A stretch of 64,000 bases of DNA from Planctomycetota bacterium (GTDB lineage: Bacteria > Planctomycetota > UBA11346): NCBI GenBank assembly GCA_038231435.1, contig JBBRLJ010000016.1, positions 1 to 64,000 of the forward strand. The letters run 5' to 3'. The translations under genes and the position numbers were made by a program. The notes beneath the pieces are model-generated. The model was not told the DNA's origin. It saw only the letters and a list, made by a program, of their open reading frames with translations, and searched no databases. Shown one piece after another: positions 23,837 through 34,019 of this stretch (position 1 is the stretch's first letter; each line of letters begins with the position of its first letter).

Positions 23837-26800
23837 ATGCGGTTTTCCGTCCTTTCGCCGTCATTGTTGGCCTTGGTGGCAGCCTCGGGACTGGCCCGCG
23901 TGGACGCCGCGACGGTGGTCGAGCGCGACCAGCACTTCGTCGCCGTCCAGGCGCTCATCGAGCACGAGATGAAGGGCCCCGCGGAACGTCAGAAGAAGGA
24001 TTTCCTGGACGCCGCTTATCCATCTAACGATCTGTGCGCCAAGGCTTTGGAGTGGTATTTCGCTGACCGCTTCCGCAGCGAGGACGCCAAGAAGGTCGAC
24101 GACATGGGCAAGGCCATCGGCGACGAGATCGAACGCAATCCGGCGGGCGTCCCCGAAGTGGTCAAGAATCTGTTCAAGGCCGGCGGCAGCCCGCTCTTGC
24201 GCATGGTCAACGAGCTCGCCCACGCCATCGGCCCCAACGATCCGCCGCCGCTGGTCGGCAAGGAGAACATCCCCAAGGAGGAAGTGGACCGCCGCAACCT
24301 GCTGGTGAAGAACATCTGCGCCCAGGCCGACAAGGAGTGGAAGGTCGCCTCGGCGAAGGTGAAGGAATTCGAGAACGGCGTCGAGAAGACCCTGTGGGAG
24401 ATGCAGGAGACCGATCCGAAGTACCGTCCGCTCGCCCAGCAGGCGGCGATCCTGCGCTTCGACGCGGTCAAGCCGCTCTACCAGGCGCACGTCGTGCTGC
24501 GCGAGGTGATCACGCGCGGTCAGGATTTCGGCATCGATCCGGCTCCGGCCGCCAGCTTCTTCCAGGCGATGCTCAAGGAGAACAAGGAGTGGCTGGGCAA
24601 GTGGGACTACGACTGGGGCGACAGCTTCCTGCCGCTGAAGGTCTACGTGAACGTGCTGATGGCCGAGGCCGTGCGCCAGAAGATCGCCGGCACCACGCCC
24701 GATGAGATCGAGGGCGAGTTCTTCAAGGTATTCGACACCAATCTCAAGGACTTCCCGCAGAACCTCCGTGAGCAGCTCATCGAGATGCAGCTCTCCGCGT
24801 GGGGATCGCTGATCCGCTGGCGCCTCGAGCTCGGCGATGACAAGAGCTACAAGCGCGGCATCGAGACCTGGAACCAGCTGCAGGAGCGGCTCAAGGATCT
24901 CCGCGACCAGGCCCCCAAGCTCAACGCGAACGATCCCAAGGCCACCGCGCTCGCGCAGGTCTACATCGTCGCCGCGCGCGTGCAGGCCGCGAAGAAGGAT
25001 CTGGTCGGCGCCAGCGGCACGCTCGCCGACGTCGCCAGCGCCAAGCAGAACCCGATGGCGCCGTACGCCAAGTTGTGGATCGCCAATCTCAACACCGGCA
25101 CCGGCGGCGCCAAGGGTACCAGCGAATGGGGCATGCCGCCCGTCGCCGAGGATCCGGAGCGCGTGCTGAGCGTCGCCAAGGCCTTCATCTCGCAAGCCAG
25201 CACCACCATCGACGTCAAGCAGCAGCGCGCGCTCTACCTGCGCGCGGCGATCTCGCTGCGCAACGGCGTGCTCGGCCTGTCGCAGGGAGCGTTCGAGGAC
25301 CAGTTCGTGCACAACGGACCCGAGGTCTACGAGCGCTACGCGTACGCGCTCTACAAGCTCGACATGCGCTTCCATGCCGCGATCGCCGCCGAAGAAGGCA
25401 TGCGCGCGATCTCGGCGCGCATCACCGACAAGCCGGGCGGCAATCCCTGGCGCCCCGACGCGAAGAAGCCGTGGAGCGAGGACGGGCAGAACGTCTTGAA
25501 GCTGGTGAAGAACACCCTGCTGTTCGCCTCGCAGCTGTACAGCCGCGCCCAGGGCACCGGCGTGCAGTCGCTGTACGACGACGCCATCACCCTGGTCAAG
25601 AAGGTCAGCCCCGAGGACGCCGGCAAGGGACTCGATAAGAACCAGATCTATTTCAAGATGAGCGAAGGCGATTTCGACGGCGCCATCGAACTGGCGCGCG
25701 CGTACGCCAAGAAAAATACCGAGCCCGAGGAATATTACTGGGCGTTCGGCGTGATCTCGGACGCGCGCATGCGCAAATACGACGCGCTCGAACCACGGCT
25801 GAAGACCGAGCCGAACGTCAAGAACGACATGGACAAGATCGCCGAGGAGCTGGTGGCGACCTCCGACAAGCTGGCCGAGAGCTTCAAGGGCCGCAAGGAT
25901 CTCAGCGACATCGAGCTCAAGGCGTTGTCGTCGGCGCAGAGCGCGCCGATCTTCATGCTGATCAAGCGCGGCAAGTTCAGCGAGGTGATCGCCAAGCTCG
26001 GCCCCGACTATTGGAAGCATCCGCCGTCGGACGAGTCGCTGGCGGCGCGCATGCTCAAGAGCCTGTGCTCGGCCACCATGAAGCTGCAGGAGGACGCCCT
26101 CAAGGACGCCAAGGCCAAGGCCGATCCGCAGACCTATCTCGGCGCCTTCCCGGCGCAGAAATCCGTCTACGAAATCTACCAGCGCCAGGTCCAGCGCGTC
26201 AAGGATCCCGAGAACCAGAAGACCGCGCAGGATGGCGGCAAGCAGTTGGCGGTGGTGTTCAAGAACGTCTCGAACCAGGGCGAATTCCTGCGCCAGACCA
26301 ACGTGCCCGGCTCCGACAAGCTCGGCCCCATCGTCGACGAATCCCGCCGCGCGCTCGCCGACCTGATCGAGCCCGGCCTGACCCAGGATTCGAAACCCGA
26401 GCTGCTGCTGGCGATGGCAAACCTGCTTTGGGACATGAAGGACCACCCGCGCGCCGGCCGGCTCTACGAGCTCTACATGCGAGCGTTGCTCGACGATACC
26501 GATCTGCAGGGCTTCAAGCGCGATCCCAAGACCCGTCTCGACCAGATCGAGGCGGTGGTCGCCACCCGCCCCGAGCTGAAGGCCGATTGGGCCAAGCTGC
26601 GCACCCTGCTCGAGGACACCCCCGAGCTGGTCGAGAGCCGCCTCAAGGGCCTGACCAAGGACCAGTGGGGCAAGGACCAGGAGCCCATCGACTACACCAA
26701 GGCCGCGATCGCGCTGCGTGAATACCGCAAGCGCATCGACAGCATGAAGACCGTGCTCGGCCCCGACGCGTACAAGCGCATCATCGACGGCCTCGGCGAT

Positions 26801-27622
26801 TTCGAGAAGACCGTGCAGGCCCTCGCGCAGGACATCCGCGTGCGCAAGCGCCTAGCCCAATTCTTTCGCGAGGTCGGCCGCTCCGACGAGGCGCGCAAGC
26901 TCTACACCGAACTCATCAAGTACGATCCGGACGATCCGGATTCGGCGATCGCCTTGGTCGAGAACGTCCTCGAGGACGTGCGCAGCGGCAAGACCGTGCC
27001 GAAGGAACAGATCACCAAGGCGCGCGACCTCGCCATCGACAAGCGCCAGGACGAAGGCGACAAGGATCCGGGGATCTTCTGGATCGCCCAGATCCAGATC
27101 TTCGAGCTGTCGTTCGCGCTCGGCGACCTCAAGCCGATCAACAACACGCTGACGCGCATGAAGGCCGGCCAGAGCGACATCTCGCATGACCTGGTGCAGC
27201 CGTCGGTGCGCGCGGACGCGAAGATCGTCGGCGACGATAAGCGCGTGCGGCGAGCCGCCGACGCGCAGGCGAAGAGCCTGGCCGAACGCTTCCTGAAGGT
27301 CTACGAGTACAGTGGCGTGGTAGAGAAACCGTCGTTCCACATCGAGCAGGTCGATGTCGACGGCAAGCCGTGGATCCTGTTCGTCGACAACGACGCGCCG
27401 AAGATCGCCGGCCAGAAGGTCGAGAACGCGGACGGCGACGAGGTGGTGGTGTTCCTGCCCGAGGGGGATTCGCCGCTCAAGCCCGCCGGCGCCGCACCGG
27501 CACCGGCACCGGCTCCAGCCCCAGATGCGCCGGCGCCCGCCGTTCCGCCCGCGGCCGCTCCCGCTCCCGCTCCCGAAGGCGCCGCTCCCGCACCCGCCAC
27601 CCCGGCAGGAGCCACGCCATGA
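23837..27622 (+). CDS. Large secreted alpha-helical (TPR-like) hypothetical protein
   Basis: Signal peptide, strong codon bias, TPR-like segments (LAQFFREVGRSDEARKLYTELIKYDPDD), Pro/Ala tail. Confidence 0.8.
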   Translation: MRFSVLSPSLLALVAASGLARVDAATVVERDQHFVAVQALIEHEMKGPAERQKKDFLDAAYPSNDLCAKALEWYFADRFRSEDAKKVDDMGKAIGDEIERNPAGVPEVVKNLFKAGGSPLLRMVNELAHAIGPNDPPPLVGKENIPKEEVDRRNLLVKNICAQADKEWKVASAKVKEFENGVEKTLWEMQETDPKYRPLAQQAAILRFDAVKPLYQAHVVLREVITRGQDFGIDPAPAASFFQAMLKENKEWLGKWDYDWGDSFLPLKVYVNVLMAEAVRQKIAGTTPDEIEGEFFKVFDTNLKDFPQNLREQLIEMQLSAWGSLIRWRLELGDDKSYKRGIETWNQLQERLKDLRDQAPKLNANDPKATALAQVYIVAARVQAAKKDLVGASGTLADVASAKQNPMAPYAKLWIANLNTGTGGAKGTSEWGMPPVAEDPERVLSVAKAFISQASTTIDVKQQRALYLRAAISLRNGVLGLSQGAFEDQFVHNGPEVYERYAYALYKLDMRFHAAIAAEEGMRAISARITDKPGGNPWRPDAKKPWSEDGQNVLKLVKNTLLFASQLYSRAQGTGVQSLYDDAITLVKKVSPEDAGKGLDKNQIYFKMSEGDFDGAIELARAYAKKNTEPEEYYWAFGVISDARMRKYDALEPRLKTEPNVKNDMDKIAEELVATSDKLAESFKGRKDLSDIELKALSSAQSAPIFMLIKRGKFSEVIAKLGPDYWKHPPSDESLAARMLKSLCSATMKLQEDALKDAKAKADPQTYLGAFPAQKSVYEIYQRQVQRVKDPENQKTAQDGGKQLAVVFKNVSNQGEFLRQTNVPGSDKLGPIVDESRRALADLIEPGLTQDSKPELLLAMANLLWDMKDHPRAGRLYELYMRALLDDTDLQGFKRDPKTRLDQIEAVVATRPELKADWAKLRTLLEDTPELVESRLKGLTKDQWGKDQEPIDYTKAAIALREYRKRIDSMKTVLGPDAYKRIIDGLGDFEKTVQALAQDIRVRKRLAQFFREVGRSDEARKLYTELIKYDPDDPDSAIALVENVLEDVRSGKTVPKEQITKARDLAIDKRQDEGDKDPGIFWIAQIQIFELSFALGDLKPINNTLTRMKAGQSDISHDLVQPSVRADAKIVGDDKRVRRAADAQAKSLAERFLKVYEYSGVVEKPSFHIEQVDVDGKPWILFVDNDAPKIAGQKVENADGDEVVVFLPEGDSPLKPAGAAPAPAPAPAPDAPAPAVPPAAAPAPAPEGAAPAPATPAGATP

Positions 27623-28692
27623 GCGGCTTCGACTCGATATCTTCGTCATCGGCAGTGTCGTTCGCGCGTTGCGCGCTGCTCATGCTCGCGATGGTCTCGC
27701 TGTCGGCGGCGTCCGAGCCGGCGCCGGCGACCATCACCACCACCGAGGGCAAGAGTTTCGAGAAGGCATTCGTGGTGAGCGAATCCATGGACGGCATCGC
27801 CTGGGTGATCGACGACCCGCGCTCGACCGCCAAGTTCGAGAAGAAGGCCGGGCAATACAGCGTCGAGTACAAGCAGTCGCGCAACACCAGCCTGCTCAAG
27901 GGCGACAACGCCAGCGGCAAGGATCCCGAGGGTGCGATCGTCTCGTACACCCAGGCGCTCGCCGAGTGCAAGTATGACTGGGAGCGCGAGCACGCGTACG
28001 TGGGCATCGCGCGCGCCGCCGAGGTCTCGAAGAAGTACGACGATGGCATCCAGGCGATCCAGGGTCTCGAGAAGGAATTCCCGAAGAGCCTGCGTCTACC
28101 CGAGGCGACCTATCTCAAGGGCCGCCTGCTCGTCCTCAAGGGGGACAAGGACGGCGCGCTCAAGGTCATGCAGGGGCTGCGCGGCCACGACAAGGACTGG
28201 GGTGTCGGCGCTGGCGCGCTCGGCGTGCTCGGCATCGGCGAGCTGCTCTCGGCCGACACCAAGTTCAAGGAGGCCGCCACCGAGCTGGCGGGATGGTTCC
28301 CGGCCAAGATCAATCCGGCGACCAACCCCGACGAATTCGCCAGGATCGGCCTGGCGCTCGCGCAGTACGAGCTGAAGAGCGGCGGCGAGGCCAACGCCAT
28401 CGTCGACTTCCGCACCGTCGCGTTCTCGCCCTGCTCGCCCGACCAGCAGGCGCGCGCGCACCTCGGTTGGGCGCGTCTGCTCGCCGACCAGGCCGTACCT
28501 GCCAGCCAGCTCTCGGCCTTCGACCACGCGGCCATCGCCGCGTCGCTGAAGGGCCAGAACGATCCGTCCACCAGGACCGAGGCGGTCCGTCTCGCCACCG
28601 GGCTGGTCGCGAAGATCAAGGAGCAGGGCGCCAACGACAATGCGAAGAACGCGCTGCAGATCGAATACAAGACCTACCTATCCAGGTTCTAG
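27619..28692 (+). CDS. Secreted TPR protein
   Basis: ATGA overlap with the upstream gene, signal peptide, LEKEFPKSLRLPEATYLKG TPR-like motif. Confidence 0.75.
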   Translation: MSGFDSISSSSAVSFARCALLMLAMVSLSAASEPAPATITTTEGKSFEKAFVVSESMDGIAWVIDDPRSTAKFEKKAGQYSVEYKQSRNTSLLKGDNASGKDPEGAIVSYTQALAECKYDWEREHAYVGIARAAEVSKKYDDGIQAIQGLEKEFPKSLRLPEATYLKGRLLVLKGDKDGALKVMQGLRGHDKDWGVGAGALGVLGIGELLSADTKFKEAATELAGWFPAKINPATNPDEFARIGLALAQYELKSGGEANAIVDFRTVAFSPCSPDQQARAHLGWARLLADQAVPASQLSAFDHAAIAASLKGQNDPSTRTEAVRLATGLVAKIKEQGANDNAKNALQIEYKTYLSRF

Positions 28693-28702
28693 CGAGACGA
28701 CC

Positions 28703-29965
28703 ATGAGCCATCGCCTGACATCCATCCTGCTGGCGTCGATGCTGCTCGGCTTCGCCGCGCTGGCGACGGCAGTCGACGACGACCGCGACCGCATCTACGG
28801 CGCCAGCACCAAGACCGACGCCTACGTGCAGAACGAGCTGTCCGACATCACCACCTTCAAGGTCTCGGCTCAGAGCGCGCTGCAGAAGAAGCCGACCAAG
28901 GACATCAAGCGCATCGTCTACGCCGGCATGAACGTCGACGGCGTGTGGCGCAAGGGCATGGAATCGAAGAGCCGCGGACGTTACGAGGAAGCCGCCGAGT
29001 TCTTCGGCCAGCTCGCCGACTCGGGCGCCAAGGAGTGGGAGAAGACCTATGGCGCAATGCAGGAAGGGGAGTGCTGGGAGCTCGCGCACAAGTACGACCT
29101 AGCCGCCAAGGCCTACCAGAAGGTGGTGAAGACCGCCGATTTCACCAAGGACGACAAGGCCCAGCCCCGCCACCGCCTGTGGCTCGACGCCGCGTACCAT
29201 TTCGGCGTCGCCAACGCGCTGGACAAGAAACCCGACGAGGCGACCAAGGTGGTCGAGGGCCTTTCGGCCTACGCCAAACTGCAGAACGTCCCCAACAGCT
29301 CCGGCGCCGAGACCCGCGCCAACGCGGTGCGCGCGGCGATCGCCGCGGTGGCCGCCGACATGGGCAAGCTGCGCGAATATTCGCAGAAGACCAACTTCCG
29401 TCCGGGCGAGGAGATGGAGACCTGGTTCCACTTCAATCTTCTGGTCGCCGACGTCTACCGCACCGGTGGCAAGCCGAAGGACGCGTTGTCGATCGTCGAC
29501 CGCATGGTCGACGAGCCGGCGCTGGTGGCGGAACCCGCGCGCAAGGCCCAGGCCGAGCTGGTGAAGGGCATGTGCCTGCTCGAGACCGATCCGCAAGGCG
29601 CGGTGGTCGAGCTGCTGAAGATCGATCTGCTGCCGTACGGATCAGAGGACCAGAAGTGCGAGGCCCGCTACAACGCCGGCCGCCTGATGCTCGATGAGGC
29701 GGCGAAGATCAAGGCCAAGCCCGAAACCGCGAAGGACGACCGCAAAGCGGATTTCGTCAAGGAGCTGACGCGCACCGCTCGCATGCTGCTCGGCGCGGCG
29801 GCGGATTCGTCATCGACCCTGCCCTCCAAATCGCTGGCCAAGGCCGCGCTCGACAAGATGGAGCCGGAAGAAGGCGCGGCGCCCGCCGAGGGCGATCCCG
29901 CGACCGGCGCCACGGGCGCGCCGAAGGCCAAGAAGCCGCCGGTCGACAGACCTACCGGACCCTGA
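28703..29965 (+). CDS. Secreted TPR protein
   Basis: Signal peptide; GRYEEAAEFF and KYDLAAKAYQKVV TPR-like helices. Confidence 0.75.
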   Translation: MSHRLTSILLASMLLGFAALATAVDDDRDRIYGASTKTDAYVQNELSDITTFKVSAQSALQKKPTKDIKRIVYAGMNVDGVWRKGMESKSRGRYEEAAEFFGQLADSGAKEWEKTYGAMQEGECWELAHKYDLAAKAYQKVVKTADFTKDDKAQPRHRLWLDAAYHFGVANALDKKPDEATKVVEGLSAYAKLQNVPNSSGAETRANAVRAAIAAVAADMGKLREYSQKTNFRPGEEMETWFHFNLLVADVYRTGGKPKDALSIVDRMVDEPALVAEPARKAQAELVKGMCLLETDPQGAVVELLKIDLLPYGSEDQKCEARYNAGRLMLDEAAKIKAKPETAKDDRKADFVKELTRTARMLLGAAADSSSTLPSKSLAKAALDKMEPEEGAAPAEGDPATGATGAPKAKKPPVDRPTGP

Positions 29966-30067
29966 CTATCGGTTGGGGGGCTAGCCCCCCAACATCGCGC
30001 CGCCCCTACCGACCGGGGCCTTACTCCGCGTTTTCCCCCGGAACCAAGAGGAAGGGGGGGCTAGGAG
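29966..30067 (+). repeat. Hairpin repeat element, family B copy 2
   Basis: CTATCGGTTGGGGGGCTAGCCCCCCAACATCG...CCCCCGGAACCAAG...GGGCTAGGAG immediately after a TGA stop. Confidence 0.7.
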
Positions 30068-30140
30068 AGGCGGGACGCTCTCGAGCCGCATGCGGGGCTA
30101 TGCCTGGTTCCGCCACAAAGACTGGATCTCGCGGAGTGAG

Positions 30141-30563
30141 CTAGATCTGGTCGCGGCGATGATGCGGCGTGAGCTTCGGCCATTCGGGGATGTCGTCGAT
30201 GCGCGCGCGTTCGCTGGCGCGGTCGATGAGGCGGAGGATGGCGGACGAATCGAAGGGCCAGCGCGGGCCCTGGTGGGCGGCGAGATGCGCGCGCGCGCCG
30301 TCGAGCAGGCGCTGCACCGGCCGACGGTTGCCGTGCCGCAGATGGTGCAGCGCGGCGGCGAACTGGATCAGGCCCTTGAGATAGTGCCGGTCGGGCCCGC
30401 GATCGAGCTTCCAGGCTTCTTCCCAGGATTCGTGCGCGTGCCAGTAGTCGCCGCGATCGAAACGCGCGAGGCCGTCGTCGATCAGGCGGTGCAGGTCAGC
30501 GCGCGCACGGGCCGCCTCGGGAAGGCGCTCCGGCGCCGCAGGCGCCGGACGCCGCGGCATCAC
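30141..30563 (-). CDS. DUF309 domain protein
   Basis: FDRGDYWHAHESWEEAW...LKGLIQFAAALHH. Confidence 0.85.
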   Translation of the reverse strand: MMPRRPAPAAPERLPEAARARADLHRLIDDGLARFDRGDYWHAHESWEEAWKLDRGPDRHYLKGLIQFAAALHHLRHGNRRPVQRLLDGARAHLAAHQGPRWPFDSSAILRLIDRASERARIDDIPEWPKLTPHHRRDQI

Positions 30564-31276
30564 GGGGCTTTTTGCTGAGGCAACGGCGCGGGTATCTGCT
30601 TGACCGGGTCGGTCGGCTGGGAGCCTTCCGGCTTTTTCGCGCTGGTATCCTCGGGCTTCTTGTTGCCGAGCTGGGTCGGATTCTTGGCGCTCTTGTCGCT
30701 GCTGATCGTGATCGAGATGTTGATGGTGAATTCGCCGTTCGGGTACTGCTTCTTGAACTCCTCGGCGGCCTTCGGCAGGTTCTTCTCGAGCGTGTTCAGC
30801 TGGGTGACGATGTCGTCGAGCATCTCGGCGAGCGACGGCTCGCGATCCTTGCGGGCGCCGAGCTCCTTGACCTTCTGCGAAAGCTCGGCGATCTCGACCG
30901 CGGGCGGCTTGGGCGGCGGCGGCTTCGCCTGCAGCGGCCCGCTGACGGTCAGCTTGTCGTTCTTGCGCTCGAGGTTGACGGTGACGGTGTCGCCGACCTT
31001 GGCGCCCGCGAGGGCCTTCTGCAGGTCCTCCATGCTGCCCAGGGTCTGCTGGTTGATCGACTTGATCAGATCGCCGGCCTGGATCCCCATGCCCGAGGCG
31101 GAGCTGTTCGGCAGCACCGCCGAGACCAGCACGCCTTGATCGAACTTGTCGGCCACGACCTGGATGCCGAGGAAGGGATGTTCAGTCGCCGGGGGCTGCT
31201 CCGCCGCGCACCAGCCGGGCGCCGCCAGCGCCAGGAGCGCGAGCAGCGCGAGGATCGCGAACGGACGCTGCATCAT
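30560..31276 (-). CDS. Secreted PDZ-domain protein
   Basis: Signal peptide, PFLGIQ, VLPNSSASGMGIQAGDLIKSIN; no protease domain. Confidence 0.85.
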   Translation of the reverse strand: MMQRPFAILALLALLALAAPGWCAAEQPPATEHPFLGIQVVADKFDQGVLVSAVLPNSSASGMGIQAGDLIKSINQQTLGSMEDLQKALAGAKVGDTVTVNLERKNDKLTVSGPLQAKPPPPKPPAVEIAELSQKVKELGARKDREPSLAEMLDDIVTQLNTLEKNLPKAAEEFKKQYPNGEFTINISITISSDKSAKNPTQLGNKKPEDTSAKKPEGSQPTDPVKQIPAPLPQQKAP

Positions 31277-32031
31277 GGACGCGCTCCGCCATCGGTGTCG
31301 TTCGACCAGGTGAAGCGCCAGGGAGCGGTCGCAGAGGCGGCTGCATGCTCGGCGACGGCGACCACCGCCCCGTCATCGCTCGAGGCGACGACGCACGACA
31401 GTTGCCACGGCTGGCCGCCGATGGCCTTGCCGAGGGCGTCGGCGCGTTTCGCAGCCTCGGCATCGGGCGCGCTCGGGATGGCGCGATCGAGATCGGAGAG
31501 CTTCTCCTTGAGCGCTTCCACGGCCTTGTGCTGCTGATCGAGGCGCTCCTTCTGCCACTGGCGGAAGCGCTTCTCGGATTCGGGATCGATGCGGTCGCGC
31601 GGGATGTTGCTCGGCCACTCCTGCAGCGGGGCGCCCATGGCCACCTGCTGGCCGTTGCGCTGGATGACCACCTGCACCGGATCGCCAACGCTGTTCAGCC
31701 CGACTTCGTTGCGCATGTCGGTCATGCTCGCGATCGGCGCGCCGTTGATCGACAGGATCACGTCCCCCGCCCGGATGCCCATCGAGGCGGCGGCGGTGTT
31801 GGGGAAGGTGTTCTGCACGTACACGCCCTGGTTGGGGTCGATGTTCTCGCGCTCCTGGACCGAATTCGGCACCGGGCTCATCTCCACCCCGAGCATCGGC
31901 GGGCCCGATGGCGCGACGGTGGCCTGGTAGTCGCCGCCGTCTTGGGACGCGGCGCCGGCCGCCGCGGACAAAGCCACGGTCATGGCGAGGGCGCGGAGCG
32001 TGGTGCTGAGGGCGGTGCTGGGAACGGGCAT
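31273..32031 (-). CDS. Secreted PDZ-domain protein
   Basis: Signal peptide, PMLGVEM, PNTAAASMGIRAGDVILSING; coiled-coil C-terminus. Confidence 0.85.
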   Translation of the reverse strand: MPVPSTALSTTLRALAMTVALSAAAGAASQDGGDYQATVAPSGPPMLGVEMSPVPNSVQERENIDPNQGVYVQNTFPNTAAASMGIRAGDVILSINGAPIASMTDMRNEVGLNSVGDPVQVVIQRNGQQVAMGAPLQEWPSNIPRDRIDPESEKRFRQWQKERLDQQHKAVEALKEKLSDLDRAIPSAPDAEAAKRADALGKAIGGQPWQLSCVVASSDDGAVVAVAEHAAASATAPWRFTWSNDTDGGARP

Positions 32032-32271
32032 GGCGATCTCCGGAGAGTCACTGGTGAAAAGTCACTGCTAGATTAACGAAAACCCTTGTGGCACAACGCA
32101 AAACGCCAAAAGCGAGGACGCTCCCACGACAGTGCATACGCTCAGACGGTGCCGCGGTTGAAACCTTTCCCCCGCTAACGCGCTGGCCTGTTCAGACGCA
32201 TCCGCGACGACGTCCGGTCGCGGGTCGGCGTTGTCGAAGCCCGGCTCCCCCCTCGGCGGTCGGGGACGGCG

Positions 32272-33207
32272 TCAATCCGGAGCGAAGATGGCCTCGATGT
32301 AGCCATCCGGATCGAAGGGCTGCAGGTCGTCCATGGTCTCGCCGACGCCGATGTAGCGCACCGGCAGGCCGAGCTCGCGGCGGATGGTGATGGCGACGCC
32401 GCCTTTTGCCGTGCCGTCGAGCTTGGTCAGCACCAAGCCGGTGACGCCCATCGATTGGCCGAACACCTTCGCCTGCTGGATGGCGTTCTGGCCGGCGGTG
32501 GCGTCGAGCACCAGCAGGGTCTCGTGCGGTGCCTGGGGCAGGCGCTTCTGGATGACGCGGCGGATCTTTTCCAGCTCGCGCATCAGGTGCTCCTTGTTGT
32601 GCAGCCGACCGGCGGTGTCGATCAGCACCACGTCCGACTTCCGCGACTCGGCGGCGACCACCGCATCGTAGGCGACCGCGGCGGCGTCGGCGCCGTCATG
32701 GCTCTTGATGATCTCGACGCCGACGCGCTCGGCCCAGATCGAGAGCTGCTCGATCGCCGCGGCGCGATAGGTGTCGCCGGCGGCGATCAGCACCTGCCGG
32801 CCCTGGTCCTTGAAGCGCTTCGCGAGCTTGGCGATGGTCGTGGTCTTGCCGGCGCCATTCACCCCGACCACCAGGACGACGGTCGGGCCCTCGGCCGCCC
32901 AAGCGAGCTCCTCGTCGCGCGGAGCCTGCAGCTCGTCGCGCAGGCTCTGCTTGAGGAAGGCGAGCAGATCGTCGCCCTTGGCGATCTCTCCGTCGCGGTA
33001 CTTCGCCTTGAGCTCGGCGACGATCTGCTCGCTCTTGGCGACGCCGATGTCCGCCTGGAGCAGAGTGTCCTCGAGCTGCTCGAGGAAGGCACGGTCGATC
33101 GCGCGGCCGCCGCCGATGAGCCGGCGCAGCGCTCCGCCGACGGCCGAGCGGGTCTTCGCCAGGCCTTCCTTGATCTTGGTGAACAGCCTGCCGATGGCTT
33201 TAAACAT
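32272..33207 (-). CDS. ftsY: Signal recognition particle receptor FtsY
   Basis: GVNGAGKTTTIAKLA, DTYRAAA, DTAGRL, TKLDGTAKGG. Confidence 0.97.
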   Translation of the reverse strand: MFKAIGRLFTKIKEGLAKTRSAVGGALRRLIGGGRAIDRAFLEQLEDTLLQADIGVAKSEQIVAELKAKYRDGEIAKGDDLLAFLKQSLRDELQAPRDEELAWAAEGPTVVLVVGVNGAGKTTTIAKLAKRFKDQGRQVLIAAGDTYRAAAIEQLSIWAERVGVEIIKSHDGADAAAVAYDAVVAAESRKSDVVLIDTAGRLHNKEHLMRELEKIRRVIQKRLPQAPHETLLVLDATAGQNAIQQAKVFGQSMGVTGLVLTKLDGTAKGGVAITIRRELGLPVRYIGVGETMDDLQPFDPDGYIEAIFAPD

Positions 33208-33215
33208 GGACGCGC

Positions 33216-33332
33216 CGTCGGTCGTCGGTCGTCGGTCGTCCGTTGTGGACAGCCACAGGCGACTCGAGCGCTTCCTTCCGTCGCATCGTGTCCCTCTCCG
33301 GCGACGGACGATGGGCGACGGACGGCGGACGG
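33216..33332. repeat. Heptamer tandem repeats in inverted arrangement between rsfS and ftsY
   Basis: (CGTCGGT)x3-4 at 33216-33243 and CGACGGA-like x4 at 33302-33332. Confidence 0.6.
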
Positions 33333-33333
33333 T

Positions 33334-33738
33334 TCATTCCCGCGAGCCGGCCTTCGCGGCATCCTGGTCCGGGTCGGCGAGCTTCTTGAGCTCCTTCTCG
33401 ACCTCGATGTCGCGCGCGGCCTTCCACAGGGAGTCGAGCTGGTAGTGCGCGCGCATCTCGACGGTGAGAGCATGGACGACCACGTCGAGGCAGTCGATCA
33501 GCATCCAGCCGGTCTCGCCTTCGACCGGCATGTGCGCTACCTTGTGGCGCTTGCAGAAGTGGTAGACCTCCTCGACCATGGACGTGGTCTGGCGGTCGGA
33601 GCGGGCGGTGGTCAAGACCACGTAGTCGAACAACGCGGCGCCGGGCGGCAGCGCCATCACGCGGACGTCGGTGCCGCCCTTGTCGAGGCAGATGCGGGCG
33701 GCGTGCAGCGCCAATTCGCGAGAAGTGAAACGGGACAT
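33334..33738 (-). CDS. rsfS: Ribosome silencing factor RsfS
   Basis: DKGGTDV, FDYVVLTTARSDRQ, WMLIDCLDVVVH, RAHYQLDSLW. Confidence 0.9.
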   Translation of the reverse strand: MSRFTSRELALHAARICLDKGGTDVRVMALPPGAALFDYVVLTTARSDRQTTSMVEEVYHFCKRHKVAHMPVEGETGWMLIDCLDVVVHALTVEMRAHYQLDSLWKAARDIEVEKELKKLADPDQDAAKAGSRE

Positions 33739-34019
33739 GGGGGGCCCACGGTATGGCATGGGGCTCAGGGGCAAGGCGAGATGCGGCTGCCTCTGGCGCG
33801 GTCTTCGCTCGAGAATCGCCGCCGGACGTCGGAGTCGTCGTCGCTGTTCGCTCCCAGCCACGTGGTGGAGCGCCGCGGCCGAGCGGGCCGATGCGCCCGG
33901 GAGATGGGCGGATCGGCCCGGGCAGCGTGGCCGGACGTGCGCTTTCGTGGTGCGATCGTTGCAGGCGTCCCGGCACGGTCGTCGCTGCCATGTCAGTGAA
34001 CGGAACGGAACGCCGCGCG

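Noticed and set aside
27485..27615. Pro/Ala repeats at DNA level (also 8800-9940)
   Set aside because: Low-complexity protein linkers, not independent DNA elements.
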